64,000 nucleotides of DNA from a virus (IMGVR_UViG_3300030117_001894:1915-65914), one strand, 5' to 3'; shown: positions 37,674 through 46,718, counted from the stretch's first letter. Notes: generated by a model not told the origin, from the sequence alone. A program made the numbers and translations.

Positions 37674-37927
37674 ACTAGCCTATTAACTAGCCTATTAACT
37701 AGCCTATTAACTAAGGAATAACCTAACTAGGACGGACGGAGGGACGGAGGGACGGAGGGACGGACGGAGGGAAAAGAAAGACGGATAGAGTAGAGTAGAG
37801 TAGAGTAGAGTAGAGTAGAGTAGAGTAGACGGGACTGGGACTGAGATTGGGATTGGGATTGGGAATAACGACGGATAGAGTGATAGAGTAGATTGAGCGA
37901 TAGAGTAGATTGAGCGATAGAGTAGAG
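37674..37927. repeat. Microsatellite cluster: (ACTAGCCTATTA)x3, GGACGGAG-type repeats, (TAGAG)x8, GGGACT/GGGATT repeats, (GATAGAGTAGATTGAGC)x2
   Basis: Directly visible. Confidence 0.95.
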
Positions 37928-37934
37928 CGGACAC

Positions 37935-37957
37935 AAAAAAGGGGACCGAAGTCCCCT
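37935..37957 (-). terminator. Rho-independent terminator
   Basis: AGGGGAC-UUCG-GUCCCCU plus U tract. Confidence 0.9.
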
Positions 37958-37973
37958 CGTTCGCTGTCCGTGG

Positions 37974-38267
37974 TTAGCTGACAGTAATCAGCTTTTCCTC
38001 GATCAAGCGTTTTCTATAATGCGCCCAAATGTCATTCGGCTCTTGGACTGTTTGCAGTCCCGCTTTAACCAATGCACTCTCGGTCGAACCGTCAGTGCCG
38101 ATCAGCTCTCCCACCGTCATGGTGTGATCTTTCGCGGCAAGTAATGCCTCGATGATCTTCCCTGCTTGAGGTGGGAACTTTCCTTTCGGTGTAGCGATCA
38201 AAGTGATCACTGCATCGTAGTTAATTGACCCTCTTTGGGCTCCAGCTTTGTAGTTTTTATCTATCAT
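37974..38267 (-). CDS. Putative winged-helix DNA-binding protein (paralog family)
   Basis: FPPQ...TVGEL...TVQEPNDIWAHYRKRL; AGAAAGGAG SD. Confidence 0.6.
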   Translation of the reverse strand: MIDKNYKAGAQRGSINYDAVITLIATPKGKFPPQAGKIIEALLAAKDHTMTVGELIGTDGSTESALVKAGLQTVQEPNDIWAHYRKRLIEEKLITVS

Positions 38268-38317
38268 ATCTTTCTCCTTTCTAATGATTGGGGTAACTAA
38301 CCCCGTTAAGTTTTATA

Positions 38318-38350
38318 AGTATAATGGTGATTGGTACCAAAGTAAAGCAC
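38318..38350 (-). promoter_or_regulatory. Early promoter copy (GTGC-TTTACT-N17-TATACT)
   Basis: Member of the ~12-copy family. Confidence 0.8.
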
Positions 38351-38396
38351 TAAAAAGAGTCTAGGATTACGCCACCAGGAGCGATTCGCACGAATC

Positions 38397-38927
38397 TTAG
38401 TCCGCGGCTATCTCTCCTTCAACAACTTTTGCATCCAAAGTTCTTTTCTTAATAAGGTTTTCGAGTCGATCGAGTATGTCGTCCTTTGACATCAGATCGA
38501 TTTTCGCGGTTAATATTTCACGTCTATCGATGTAGAGTCCACCTGCCTTCCCTCGATGGACCTCGGCTGTGATGGCAGCGGATATTTGACCTTGGTCCTT
38601 CGCCTCCTCTCTAAGGTCGTGTAGAGTAGAGAGGTGATTCTCCAAGGAAACTGCATCTCTCTCAGAGGCTGCGATTTCCAAGTCGATCAAATAATTCTTT
38701 ACAACTGGGTTATGATTGAGTAATACGCTCCCTTGTGTCTTGGCACCCTTGCGATCCTTCGTATACCCTGCTTTTATCGCGGCTTCAGTGGCTGTTTGTC
38801 CTTTGAAGTACTCTTTACAAAATTTCTTTTGTTTAGAGTTGAGTGGTTGCCAAATCTTACCCTTGTCGTCAACAAATCCTTTACCGTCTTCTGTTGGCAT
38901 TAATGACGTGTATGTCAGCTGTTTCAT
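38397..38927 (-). CDS. terS: Terminase small subunit
   Basis: LNSKQKKFCKEY...ATEAAIKAGY HTH; AAITAEVHRGKAGGLY. Confidence 0.85.
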   Translation of the reverse strand: MKQLTYTSLMPTEDGKGFVDDKGKIWQPLNSKQKKFCKEYFKGQTATEAAIKAGYTKDRKGAKTQGSVLLNHNPVVKNYLIDLEIAASERDAVSLENHLSTLHDLREEAKDQGQISAAITAEVHRGKAGGLYIDRREILTAKIDLMSKDDILDRLENLIKKRTLDAKVVEGEIAAD

Positions 38928-38952
38928 TCTACCTCCGAGCTTCGCATAAAGT

Positions 38953-39190
38953 TATTACAATCATATTAGTTTTATTAATAAATAAATAGTTTTCTCATGC
39001 CCTCTAGGTAATCTTACCATAGTTTCTAATAAACTAATAGAATTCTATTAGTTTTGTAGAATCAAAGAATAGAGTAACCAAGAGACTTACAGAACGAATC
39101 TATTAGTTTATTAGAGATATTAGTAGATTTGAAAAACTTTTTTGAAAAACTTTTTTAATTTTGAGAATAACAATACACATAGATTAATAG
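38953..39190. repeat. Left copy of a diverged inverted repeat (partner 63190-63412), AT-rich with CTAATAG/CTATTAG iterations; origin-like
   Basis: 38980-39006 is the exact reverse complement of 63358-63384; second similar block 39097-39167 vs ~63208-63278. Confidence 0.85.
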
Positions 39191-39255
39191 AACACGATAG
39201 ACATAAAAAACCCCCACACCACGGAACGCAGTACAGGGGCATTTATAAGATAGAT

Positions 39256-39606
39256 TTATTTACGATAGTCTATAGTTAGTGGTCTTCTCGTTATAGTCCA
39301 ACAGCTGAATCCGAAAGCATCGTGAATGTGCTCGTTCGATAATGTGTAAAGATAATCTTTATATACAAATATCTCTGCTTCGACATTCCATCTCGATTTT
39401 TCTTTACCAGTATCTATTATTTCAACTCGTTCAACTGTTAGCATTTCCGACTTAGCAACTTTTAAGTTATCAATCTTACACGTGCTTCCTCGTGACTCAT
39501 TATATCCATCGTCATCTTTGAATGTATATATCTCCGTATATAATGGACACATGGTCTTTTCCCAAGAGTCTTCCCGTGTGTGAATGTTTTCTAACCAGTC
39601 TTTCAT
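39256..39606 (-). CDS. Hypothetical early protein
   Basis: AGAAAGGAG SD. Confidence 0.65.
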   Translation of the reverse strand: MKDWLENIHTREDSWEKTMCPLYTEIYTFKDDDGYNESRGSTCKIDNLKVAKSEMLTVERVEIIDTGKEKSRWNVEAEIFVYKDYLYTLSNEHIHDAFGFSCWTITRRPLTIDYRK

Positions 39607-39625
39607 TTTATTTCTCCTTTCTTAG

Positions 39626-39898
39626 TTAAATTTCGTCCGTCTTATCGACGTCCATCCAGTCGAACCCATCTCTGGGTGCGAAATATCGTTTACCGTCAGT
39701 ATGGCTAACTGCAACTACCTCACCAAATCGTATTGGTAGATTAAAATCAGATAATATCTCGTTAGCTTCTTTCAAATCAATTTTCTTAGCTAATAAAATA
39801 TACTGACCGTCTTTCTCGTAAGCGTCACTCGGTTCGGGATAACCCCTTAATTCAAATAATTCTTTCATTCTATTTCTCCTTTCTTTGCCCGAGGGCAA
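39626..39898 (-). CDS. Hypothetical early protein (likely start MKELF)
   Basis: AGAAAGGAG SD before the internal ATG. Confidence 0.6.
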   Translation of the reverse strand: MPSGKERRNRMKELFELRGYPEPSDAYEKDGQYILLAKKIDLKEANEILSDFNLPIRFGEVVAVSHTDGKRYFAPRDGFDWMDVDKTDEI

Positions 39899-39905
39899 AG
39901 ATTAT

Positions 39906-40583
39906 TTAATAACAACTAAAAGGATTGACGTTAAGCCCCTCCCACAGATACTCAAAGATATCACCAACACAGATAAACTCATGGAGCTTAAACCCTAGAT
40001 TATCTCGAATCCAACGAACAGTAATATTACAATCACCATTTTGATTACCTTCATAGAGCACCACAGCGTGAGTCACTTCTGGACGCATACGATTAGATAA
40101 ACCATAAGAATCACTATAATAACCATTAGGAAAATAATCATATTGAGAACCACCGCTTTTTTCAGGCTTAGGAGTATACTTTTTAAGAGTTTCATACAAA
40201 CCAGTATTTCGACCAGTTAGACAAGTAGTAGGTATAAACAAAGCATTACGATTATCAGTTTCTTGATGAGACAAACCTAAGAACATAGGACCGTCACTGA
40301 ACTTTTCAGGGATATCAAACTTACCCGTAGACTCATAACAAGACTTAGAATCAGTATAAAAACCATTATACAATTCAGACGGACAGAAGTTTAAGGAAGC
40401 ATTATATAGATAAGGTTCGAACAAATCCAAAGCATTGAACGATTTAGCAGAGTAACAAACTAACCAATAACCTACGAATTCATTATGGTTCTTTCTGATC
40501 GTATCAACCAATGGTTTGGTGTGATCTACCTTTTCTTTTAAAGCTGCAGTCAACTTAGTGTTTACATTTATTTTATTTTTCAT
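39906..40583 (-). CDS. Hypothetical early protein, 225 aa
   Basis: Promoter plus SD. Confidence 0.65.
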   Translation of the reverse strand: MKNKINVNTKLTAALKEKVDHTKPLVDTIRKNHNEFVGYWLVCYSAKSFNALDLFEPYLYNASLNFCPSELYNGFYTDSKSCYESTGKFDIPEKFSDGPMFLGLSHQETDNRNALFIPTTCLTGRNTGLYETLKKYTPKPEKSGGSQYDYFPNGYYSDSYGLSNRMRPEVTHAVVLYEGNQNGDCNITVRWIRDNLGFKLHEFICVGDIFEYLWEGLNVNPFSCY

Positions 40584-40642
40584 TTTATTTCTCCTTTCTT
40601 TGTAGTTAAAATCGCTAAAAACCTTTTTTAGCGTATAGGTAT

Positions 40643-40677
40643 ATTATAACCGCGATTTTACACGCGATTAAAAGCAG
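40643..40677 (-). promoter_or_regulatory. Early promoter copy
   Basis: CTGCTTTTAAT...TATAAT. Confidence 0.7.
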
Positions 40678-40719
40678 TATTAGAGCCCTCGATTCGCCCG
40701 ATTGTTAACAACCGAACAT

Positions 40720-40745
40720 AAAAAACCCCCGCATAAGCGAGGGTT
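40720..40745 (-). terminator. Rho-independent terminator
   Basis: AACCCTCGC/GCGGGGGTT stem plus U tract. Confidence 0.65.
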
Positions 40746-40779
40746 AAGATTATGATTATTAAGTAGAGTAGAGTAGAGT

Positions 40780-41187
40780 TCAGGCACTCCAAGACCATTT
40801 ACCAGTCATAGGAACTTTAAAGTATTCAGTCAAAGCACTAGCACCTTGAGAGCCACCTAACGATACAGATAAATAGAAATAGTTACGATCACGGATAGAG
40901 TAAGCCACTTGAATAACACTATAAGAACCACCATCCGATACAGGGAAATAACAACTATCATAGATAGTAGACCATTTATCTGATGAATCTTTTAATAATT
41001 CTTCAAGATGATCCTCATCATGTCCATCACACTCTCCGAAGTGGTAGCCTATCTCTGTATCGTCGTCTAATTGACTCAAGATAGGGTCTATTATTGCTTT
41101 CACTCTAGTAAACTCAGGATCTGGTTCACCATCATAAACGGAATCCCTCCAGTCGGTTAACAGATCTTTCTTTAATATTGTACTCAT
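40780..41187 (-). CDS. Hypothetical acidic early protein
   Basis: Coupled ORF. Confidence 0.6.
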   Translation of the reverse strand: MSTILKKDLLTDWRDSVYDGEPDPEFTRVKAIIDPILSQLDDDTEIGYHFGECDGHDEDHLEELLKDSSDKWSTIYDSCYFPVSDGGSYSVIQVAYSIRDRNYFYLSVSLGGSQGASALTEYFKVPMTGKWSWSA

Positions 41188-41435
41188 TACGCCATCCCTT
41201 TATACTGAGTGACCATTATGTCTTGTACAAATTTAGGAATGTTCATGCTTCTAATATTTCGCTTCGTAACCTTCCTAAAACATCCCCCACGCCTAATGTA
41301 TTCCGTTCCTGCGAAATTCACTGGAGGGAATCTTTTGTACAAGTCGTTGGTTTCTGGATCCACCCACCAAGTGGTTGAGGTGCCGTTACTGATTGGAGAG
41401 AGAACTCTCTCTTTGTAATCTAATTTATATTTCAT
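41187..41435 (-). CDS. Hypothetical early protein
   Basis: AAGGAG SD. Confidence 0.6.
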   Translation of the reverse strand: MKYKLDYKERVLSPISNGTSTTWWVDPETNDLYKRFPPVNFAGTEYIRRGGCFRKVTKRNIRSMNIPKFVQDIMVTQYKGMA

Positions 41436-41471
41436 AAATTTCTCCTTTTTTAGTTATCAATGGACCGCTCA

Positions 41472-41741
41472 TTATGCCCACGCTGATTCGTAATAAGCGT
41501 CTTCTGACATCAAGCAATCACTAGGCTCTACTTCGTCTACGCTCGTATCGTAATCAGGATATTTAGTTTGTAACTTAATCGTTGACTCCGCTACTTTATA
41601 TCCCGTGTAGTAATCGTTGACATACTTTCCGAAGTAAGTCGCTGTTACTCGTGTGGTCGATGCGTCACAAGGTAGCCCTGCTTTCGCGTCTCTAATGCCT
41701 TGGTTATAAGCATTAATCTCTTCTTTAGTTAATATTCTCAT
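41472..41741 (-). CDS. Hypothetical early protein
   Basis: AGAAAGGAG SD. Confidence 0.6.
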   Translation of the reverse strand: MRILTKEEINAYNQGIRDAKAGLPCDASTTRVTATYFGKYVNDYYTGYKVAESTIKLQTKYPDYDTSVDEVEPSDCLMSEDAYYESAWA

Positions 41742-41872
41742 ATCTTTCTCCTTTCTTAATTAGCGGGAGTCTTTTTCTGTAGGTAGACTCCCTGTTGTTA
41801 AATAACCTAGCAGTTCTGGTTTGCTACTCCTTGTTAATCAATCAATGTAATTATTAATTTTTAACTATATAT

Positions 41873-41904
41873 AGTATAGCTAGGATTTAGCGGAAATAAA
41901 GCAG
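41873..41904 (-). promoter_or_regulatory. Early promoter copy
   Basis: CTGCTTTATT...TATACT. Confidence 0.75.
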
Positions 41905-41973
41905 TGTACGATACGATCACTAAAACCACTAAGGCGAACAAAAAGAATAAAAATATATTATCGTCTGGATCGT

Positions 41974-42243
41974 TCATACATACCTCGTTACTATTTCTAA
42001 ATGTTCTGGGGGGATAGAGCTAACCTTTCCGATATATGCTGTCACATCGCCAATCCAATAAGATTTGGTTTTTTGTTCGAGATCGACACAATCACTATCC
42101 TCTAACTCTGTTCCGAAGAACTCGTAGAGTAAGTCACGATCGGTTATAACATCATCGTTGTAATCTTGTATATCTGCAGTGATATAGTTCCACTCGGTAT
42201 ACTCACGCTCACCATCTTGTATTTCTATTGTATAAATAAGCAT
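41974..42243 (-). CDS. Hypothetical acidic protein
   Basis: AGGAGG SD. Confidence 0.6.
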   Translation of the reverse strand: MLIYTIEIQDGEREYTEWNYITADIQDYNDDVITDRDLLYEFFGTELEDSDCVDLEQKTKSYWIGDVTAYIGKVSSIPPEHLEIVTRYV

Positions 42244-42245
42244 AA

Positions 42246-42512
42246 CTACCTCCTAAATAGTGTGACTAAACTTTCCGTTGATATTCCCATAAAGTCGAGC
42301 TGTCTTATAATTCTTGCCTTACTTTCTTGAGATAGTTCTGCCCAACAATCTTCAGTTATCCAACTAATCACTTCTGATAGTCTATCTTCAGTGCTCATGT
42401 TTTCGAACATTTCTTTCTCTGCAATACAATCATTACAAGTTATAACTATGTGTGGGCTATCTCCATGTAGTGTGCAGCCACATGAGTCACATTCTAGTGT
42501 ATTTGTATTCAT
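42246..42512 (-). CDS. Hypothetical Zn-binding protein
   Basis: CDSC...CNDC. Confidence 0.55.
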   Translation of the reverse strand: MNTNTLECDSCGCTLHGDSPHIVITCNDCIAEKEMFENMSTEDRLSEVISWITEDCWAELSQESKARIIRQLDFMGISTESLVTLFRR

Positions 42513-42745
42513 GCTTCTTTCCTCGTAAATAATGGTTTGGCGGCAACAAACTCGGTGTTCTCAATACCGTACTTCAATACGGTGTTAACAATCAAGTTCT
42601 GCTGTAATGCACACGCCATATGCATCAGTACAGCCTCTGATGGTATATGCTTATCGATGTAAGCGTTCAATTCTTCCGAACTTTCGTAAGTATGGAATAA
42701 ATTCGACTCGTGAATCGAAAGTGGTTTCTTAGTTTGATCGGTCAT
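42509..42745 (-). CDS. Hypothetical early protein
   Basis: Promoter plus SD. Confidence 0.6.
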   Translation of the reverse strand: MTDQTKKPLSIHESNLFHTYESSEELNAYIDKHIPSEAVLMHMACALQQNLIVNTVLKYGIENTEFVAAKPLFTRKEA

Positions 42746-42777
42746 ATCTTTCTCCTATAATTTTTTAACCTATAAAT

Positions 42778-42809
42778 AGTATAAAGGGCATTTTAGCGAA
42801 TTAAAGCAG
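42778..42809 (-). promoter_or_regulatory. Early promoter copy
   Basis: CTGCTTTAAT...TATACT. Confidence 0.75.
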
Positions 42810-43034
42810 TTAAGCAGAGTTTGGAAAAGGTTTCCAATAATCCGTTAAAACTGAATCTTTTGTTACGCAATCTAATTCTAAACAAGATCCACACGGTTCA
42901 CCATTTTTTAACGGTGTAGTGTTACTCACTGTTACAACTAAACATTCTTTGCAACGCTTTTTGTATTTATACTCTTTCGTCATAATAATACTGCGTTCAC
43001 AATCAGTCGAAAGTGGTTTAGTTTTATCATTCAT
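42810..43034 (-). CDS. Hypothetical Zn-ribbon protein
   Basis: CKEC...CGSC. Confidence 0.5.
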   Translation of the reverse strand: MNDKTKPLSTDCERSIIMTKEYKYKKRCKECLVVTVSNTTPLKNGEPCGSCLELDCVTKDSVLTDYWKPFPNSA

Positions 43035-43326
43035 AGATCAAATCTCCTATTTTAGTTCTAATATCCTGTTCATATTCTTCACTATCAACAGGATGGTCAC
43101 TCTTTATAAGGTGAATATTAAAATCGATCATAGGTAGTTTTATCTCGTTAACTATTTCTTCCCACTCAGCAAACTCTTTAAATGCTTCTGCTTTAGTGTT
43201 CACGTGAGGTTCGTCTATCTTTCCATAGACTGGCTCATCGGGATAACCTCTATGCCATCTGTAGTCCTCAGCATTCGCTGATCTACCGTGTTTTCGTTTA
43301 CTCTTTATAAAATAAATCATAATCAA
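43027..43326 (-). CDS. Hypothetical early protein
   Basis: Promoter plus GGAG SD. Confidence 0.55.
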   Translation of the reverse strand: MIMIYFIKSKRKHGRSANAEDYRWHRGYPDEPVYGKIDEPHVNTKAEAFKEFAEWEEIVNEIKLPMIDFNIHLIKSDHPVDSEEYEQDIRTKIGDLIYE

Positions 43327-43352
43327 TCTCCATATAATTTTTACCTATATAT

Positions 43353-43384
43353 AGTATAAAGCCGAGTATAGCGAATAAAAGCAG
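43353..43384 (-). promoter_or_regulatory. Early promoter copy
   Basis: CTGCTTTTAT...TATACT. Confidence 0.75.
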
Positions 43385-43391
43385 CCCTGCA

Positions 43392-43829
43392 CTACCACCA
43401 GCACAACATTACCGCACCACGCTCACTCGCACAGCGTAATAATAATTCCAAGTCTTGGACTTCTTGATAACTATATTCATACGGTGAGGCATGATGTGTT
43501 TGATAAATAATCGTATCGGGTTCTAAAGTCAGTTCTTCTTCTCGAGCGTCCCATTCAATAGAGTGAAGTAGGTCAGCTAGGGCTTGAGCTTGTTCTTTTA
43601 ACTCTTGAGCTGTAATATGAGCGTTTTCGCCTTCGATATGCCAAATACAATCTTCTTGCATCAACTCATCCATTAAAGGCTCGTAGAACTTACCTCGAAA
43701 CGATCCGTCGGCACCAAAATTACTAAACATCCCACCGCATAAATTAATATCTTTTATACGTGGATCGTCTTCGTGCGTAAAATCTTTTCCACGGTCATTA
43801 CCGTGTACAACATAACAATCTAATCCCAT
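43392..43829 (-). CDS. Hypothetical protein (MGLD-type phage family)
   Basis: MGLD N-terminus, SFRGK and C-terminal WW. Confidence 0.65.
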   Translation of the reverse strand: MGLDCYVVHGNDRGKDFTHEDDPRIKDINLCGGMFSNFGADGSFRGKFYEPLMDELMQEDCIWHIEGENAHITAQELKEQAQALADLLHSIEWDAREEELTLEPDTIIYQTHHASPYEYSYQEVQDLELLLRCASERGAVMLCWW

Positions 43830-43831
43830 AA

Positions 43832-44008
43832 TTATTCCTCCGTTGGATCTTTGTATTCTAAGTTATCTATTTCATCCCAAACTTTTTGAATCAGATCATG
43901 TATTTTATTTCCATCTTCTGAATCAAAAACATCCTCTGGGATTGCATAATCAAGTTTAATCATTGCCTTTCGTAAAGGCGATACTATTTTTTCTACTCCA
44001 TCAGTCAT
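43832..44008 (-). CDS. Hypothetical protein, 58 aa (MTDGVEKIVSPLRK...)
   Basis: AAGGAG SD; fills the gap; not in the ORF track. Confidence 0.55.
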   Translation of the reverse strand: MTDGVEKIVSPLRKAMIKLDYAIPEDVFDSEDGNKIHDLIQKVWDEIDNLEYKDPTEE

Positions 44009-44400
44009 CAGTTCATCTCCTTTTTATCAGGTATTGGTATAAATTGCATAAAAGGTTCTTCGACATGATCCTCAGGCATCCACTCGATAGTTGCTATATA
44101 ACTATCCCAGAAAGCTTCCTGAAATGGAAGACTAGTAGTCGCACCATCTTCATCATAACCAACAACTATGGCTCGATTTGCTAATGGTTGATGAAACTGC
44201 GATAATTTGAAATATCGCATATCGTTTTTAAGTAATGCTTCATCGTCAACTATCACCATCGTATTATCACTTAATGTAACAATATCAATAGGTCCTTCAA
44301 GTTGCATAAATTTCTTAGCGTCGGCTAGAGTAGAGTCTTCTCGCAACTCTACTCTTGAAGTACTCAGCTCGAACGGGTCTATAAGTAGTCCGTGTATCAT
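44008..44400 (-). CDS. DUF3846-like phage protein
   Basis: LLIDP...IDIV...VDDEALL...AIVVG.D. Confidence 0.6.
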   Translation of the reverse strand: MIHGLLIDPFELSTSRVELREDSTLADAKKFMQLEGPIDIVTLSDNTMVIVDDEALLKNDMRYFKLSQFHQPLANRAIVVGYDEDGATTSLPFQEAFWDSYIATIEWMPEDHVEEPFMQFIPIPDKKEMN

Positions 44401-44729
44401 TGTGCGTACACATCCACGTCAGCTCGGAAATCTGTATTTCTAATTTCCGCTGAGACAATTTCTTCGATACCTTCTTCAGTCCACATAGCACCCTCTACTA
44501 CATCGATACGAGCAGTTAATTCGGATAATACATTAAGAACTTTTTGCTCGGCTTCTTTCGATAAGTCAGCAGGATCGATTATTCGAGGCTGTAAGCTATC
44601 TAAGACATCAGTAATCTCGTGTAATGATCTTATCAAATCTGAATTAAAGTCGTTTGCATAAGACTGTTCTAAAAGACTGACGTTAGTTTTAAGGTCAGCC
44701 ACCTGTTTTTGGATTTTTTCTATATCCAT
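44397..44729 (-). CDS. Hypothetical coiled-coil protein
   Basis: Promoter plus SD. Confidence 0.6.
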   Translation of the reverse strand: MDIEKIQKQVADLKTNVSLLEQSYANDFNSDLIRSLHEITDVLDSLQPRIIDPADLSKEAEQKVLNVLSELTARIDVVEGAMWTEEGIEEIVSAEIRNTDFRADVDVYAQ

Positions 44730-44780
44730 ATCTTTCTCCTTTCTAGTTAGTGTTATTAAACCTATTTAATAACTAATACC

Positions 44781-44812
44781 ATTATGCCTAAGAGTACCGC
44801 GAAGTAAAGCAG
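44781..44812 (-). promoter_or_regulatory. Early promoter copy
   Basis: CTGCTTTACTT...CATAAT. Confidence 0.7.
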
Positions 44813-44827
44813 TACTAGAGAACAAGA

Positions 44828-45148
44828 CTATACTTGACGATGATTTAAATCTTCGTCTTTTTTCCATAATCCATTTTCTAATTTACCTGTTCGTTTAGAT
44901 ATCTCTTTGTAAGCCGCTATCATGCACTCCTCGAGCGTTAAACCTTTTTGTTCAGCTAAAACGATCAAACAAACAACACAATCCCCTATCCCGTCTTTTA
45001 ATCCAGGTGCATCATCGTAGGCGAGGGCTCGAGCTGTCTCACCGACTTCTTCTACAAGTTTCAACATTTGTTTTTCAGGTTGTATATCGGGACCATAAAG
45101 TAGACCACGTACTTCCGCCCAATCAACGATATCATCAATTACTTTCAT
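44828..45148 (-). CDS. MazG-like nucleotide pyrophosphohydrolase
   Basis: WAEVRGL, KLVEEVGE, DGIGD and AYKEISKRTG; likely start MKVIDD. Confidence 0.8.
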   Translation of the reverse strand: MKVIDDIVDWAEVRGLLYGPDIQPEKQMLKLVEEVGETARALAYDDAPGLKDGIGDCVVCLIVLAEQKGLTLEECMIAAYKEISKRTGKLENGLWKKDEDLNHRQV

Positions 45149-45353
45149 CTCTCTCCTTTTTAGTTTCCATACACCAATGCCAAGCATCATTTTCCATATA
45201 CATAAATGCTCGACATTCTTCCAACCTTTTTTCCCATTCATTTAAGTTATCTTTCTCATTTAGATTTGTATCTGTAATTGTTGTTGAGCAACCAATCAAA
45301 CCAACTGCTACCAGAATTAACCATATAAATTTGTCCTTAAATATTTCAATCAT
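45135..45353 (-). CDS. Small lipoprotein
   Basis: Lipobox LIGC; paired Cys. Confidence 0.55.
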   Translation of the reverse strand: MIEIFKDKFIWLILVAVGLIGCSTTITDTNLNEKDNLNEWEKRLEECRAFMYMENDAWHWCMETKKERDESN

Positions 45354-45564
45354 ATTTCTCTTCGTTTTCCTCTAATTTATTTAATTCCGTCCAAGCTATA
45401 AGATTAAATTCAGTAAAAACAGGGTCTTTAAAATTAAACTTTTGTAATCTTTCTAAACAATCTTCTGCTTTATTTTTATTGTTGAATATTTTAGTTCTAG
45501 TATTTTCATGCAATTCTGGTGTGTAGTACGCTCTCGCCATACCAAATTTAACTTCATATTTCAT
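45346..45564 (-). CDS. Hypothetical protein
   Basis: Coupled ORF. Confidence 0.55.
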   Translation of the reverse strand: MKYEVKFGMARAYYTPELHENTRTKIFNNKNKAEDCLERLQKFNFKDPVFTEFNLIAWTELNKLEENEEKYD

Positions 45565-45811
45565 CTTCGTTTTCCTTAGATAAATCCCATAGTTCAGGAT
45601 GCGGTCTAGGTGGTAGAGTTAAATCAAAAGATATTTGTTTTTTGTTTATTAGCCTGCGTAGAGCCTCATGAACGTGAAACATTTCTATACGTCCGTTTTC
45701 GCCCTCTGGCATCTTAAATGCTATTTTAATGGTAGCAATCGGATAATCTTGTGATTCGTCCGTATGTGAGATTCTATAGCCTACAGCACCCATCATATTA
45801 AAATCACTCAT
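45554..45811 (-). CDS. Hypothetical protein
   Basis: Coupled ORF. Confidence 0.55.
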   Translation of the reverse strand: MSDFNMMGAVGYRISHTDESQDYPIATIKIAFKMPEGENGRIEMFHVHEALRRLINKKQISFDLTLPPRPHPELWDLSKENEDEI

Positions 45812-46008
45812 AATTCACCTCTGTTATATGATTCCTGGATAACTACATCTTTTTTGCGTTTATCCTCGTAAGTTTTAACAATCTTTCCACAGGGATAAGT
45901 TAAGAGCCAGTAGTCTTTGCTAAAATCTTTGCTCATGCTGGGGATGTTTTTCCTTTCAGTAGTTAATAAGAGTTTCGCTCTTTCTATCATTTCTTTATGT
46001 TGTGTCAT
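45808..46008 (-). CDS. Hypothetical protein
   Basis: AGGAGG SD. Confidence 0.6.
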   Translation of the reverse strand: MTQHKEMIERAKLLLTTERKNIPSMSKDFSKDYWLLTYPCGKIVKTYEDKRKKDVVIQESYNRGEL

Positions 46009-46016
46009 AAGTCCTC

Positions 46017-46211
46017 CTAAAAATAAACAATTTCTACAATATTTGTTTCAAAACAATCAGCATCTTCTTCACTACTGCCTTCTTCTACTCTAATCTCGTT
46101 ATGCCTTTTAAGCCAAGCGTCAAAGTTATTTGTTATGCCTTCAAAATACCGCTGACCCTCTTCTTGATCAACATAATGTATTACATATAATGTTTCTTTA
46201 TCTTGTGTCAT
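46017..46211 (-). CDS. Hypothetical protein
   Basis: AGGAGG SD. Confidence 0.6.
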   Translation of the reverse strand: MTQDKETLYVIHYVDQEEGQRYFEGITNNFDAWLKRHNEIRVEEGSSEEDADCFETNIVEIVYF

Positions 46212-46456
46212 AAGTCCTCCTTATAATCGAAACCTTCCAACATAGCATCCACTATTTTGTCATAATCGATAACGTCATCGGCTTCTAATGTATCAAATAA
46301 TAATCCAATAGAACGTTGTAGTCTATTACGATCCATACGTGCTAAATATTCTTCAGACGTTTGATCAGCAATATAAGGTTCTAAAGCTATGGCGATCGTC
46401 GCAACAGCTCGTTCTACAGGATTTAAATCAAACTTTCGTTTAGCTTTTCGTGGCAT
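46208..46456 (-). CDS. Hypothetical protein
   Basis: Coupled ORF. Confidence 0.55.
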   Translation of the reverse strand: MPRKAKRKFDLNPVERAVATIAIALEPYIADQTSEEYLARMDRNRLQRSIGLLFDTLEADDVIDYDKIVDAMLEGFDYKEDL

Positions 46457-46694
46457 CTTCGTTTTCTTTCTTCAAACGATTAATCATCGTATTGAAAATA
46501 TCGTTAACAACAACAGGTTCTTCTGTTTTGACCACGTTGGCTTCAACTTCTAGCTTTTTAAGGCGTTGAATTAACATTTTATTCACATCGAGTTGATTAT
46601 TCATAAACTCTTGTGTTGAGCGTTGCGTTTTTACTAATAAATCGAGACTTTGTGTAATTGTATCGATCATTTGCATCATTTCATTCTTTTCCAT
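46440..46694 (-). CDS. Hypothetical coiled-coil protein
   Basis: AGAAAGGAG SD. Confidence 0.6.
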   Translation of the reverse strand: MEKNEMMQMIDTITQSLDLLVKTQRSTQEFMNNQLDVNKMLIQRLKKLEVEANVVKTEEPVVVNDIFNTMINRLKKENEDATKS

Positions 46695-46718
46695 CTATTT
46701 CTCCTTTCTTATTAATAA

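Noticed and set aside
37041-37927. Possible CRISPR array
   Set aside because: Repeats are tandem or only two copies, there is no series of unique 30-40 bp spacers, and no cas genes are present
37707-37936. ORFs 37707..37934 and 37727..37936
   Set aside because: Translations (LLYSTLLYST, PSVRPSV) simply read through microsatellites; they have no SD and lie downstream of a terminator
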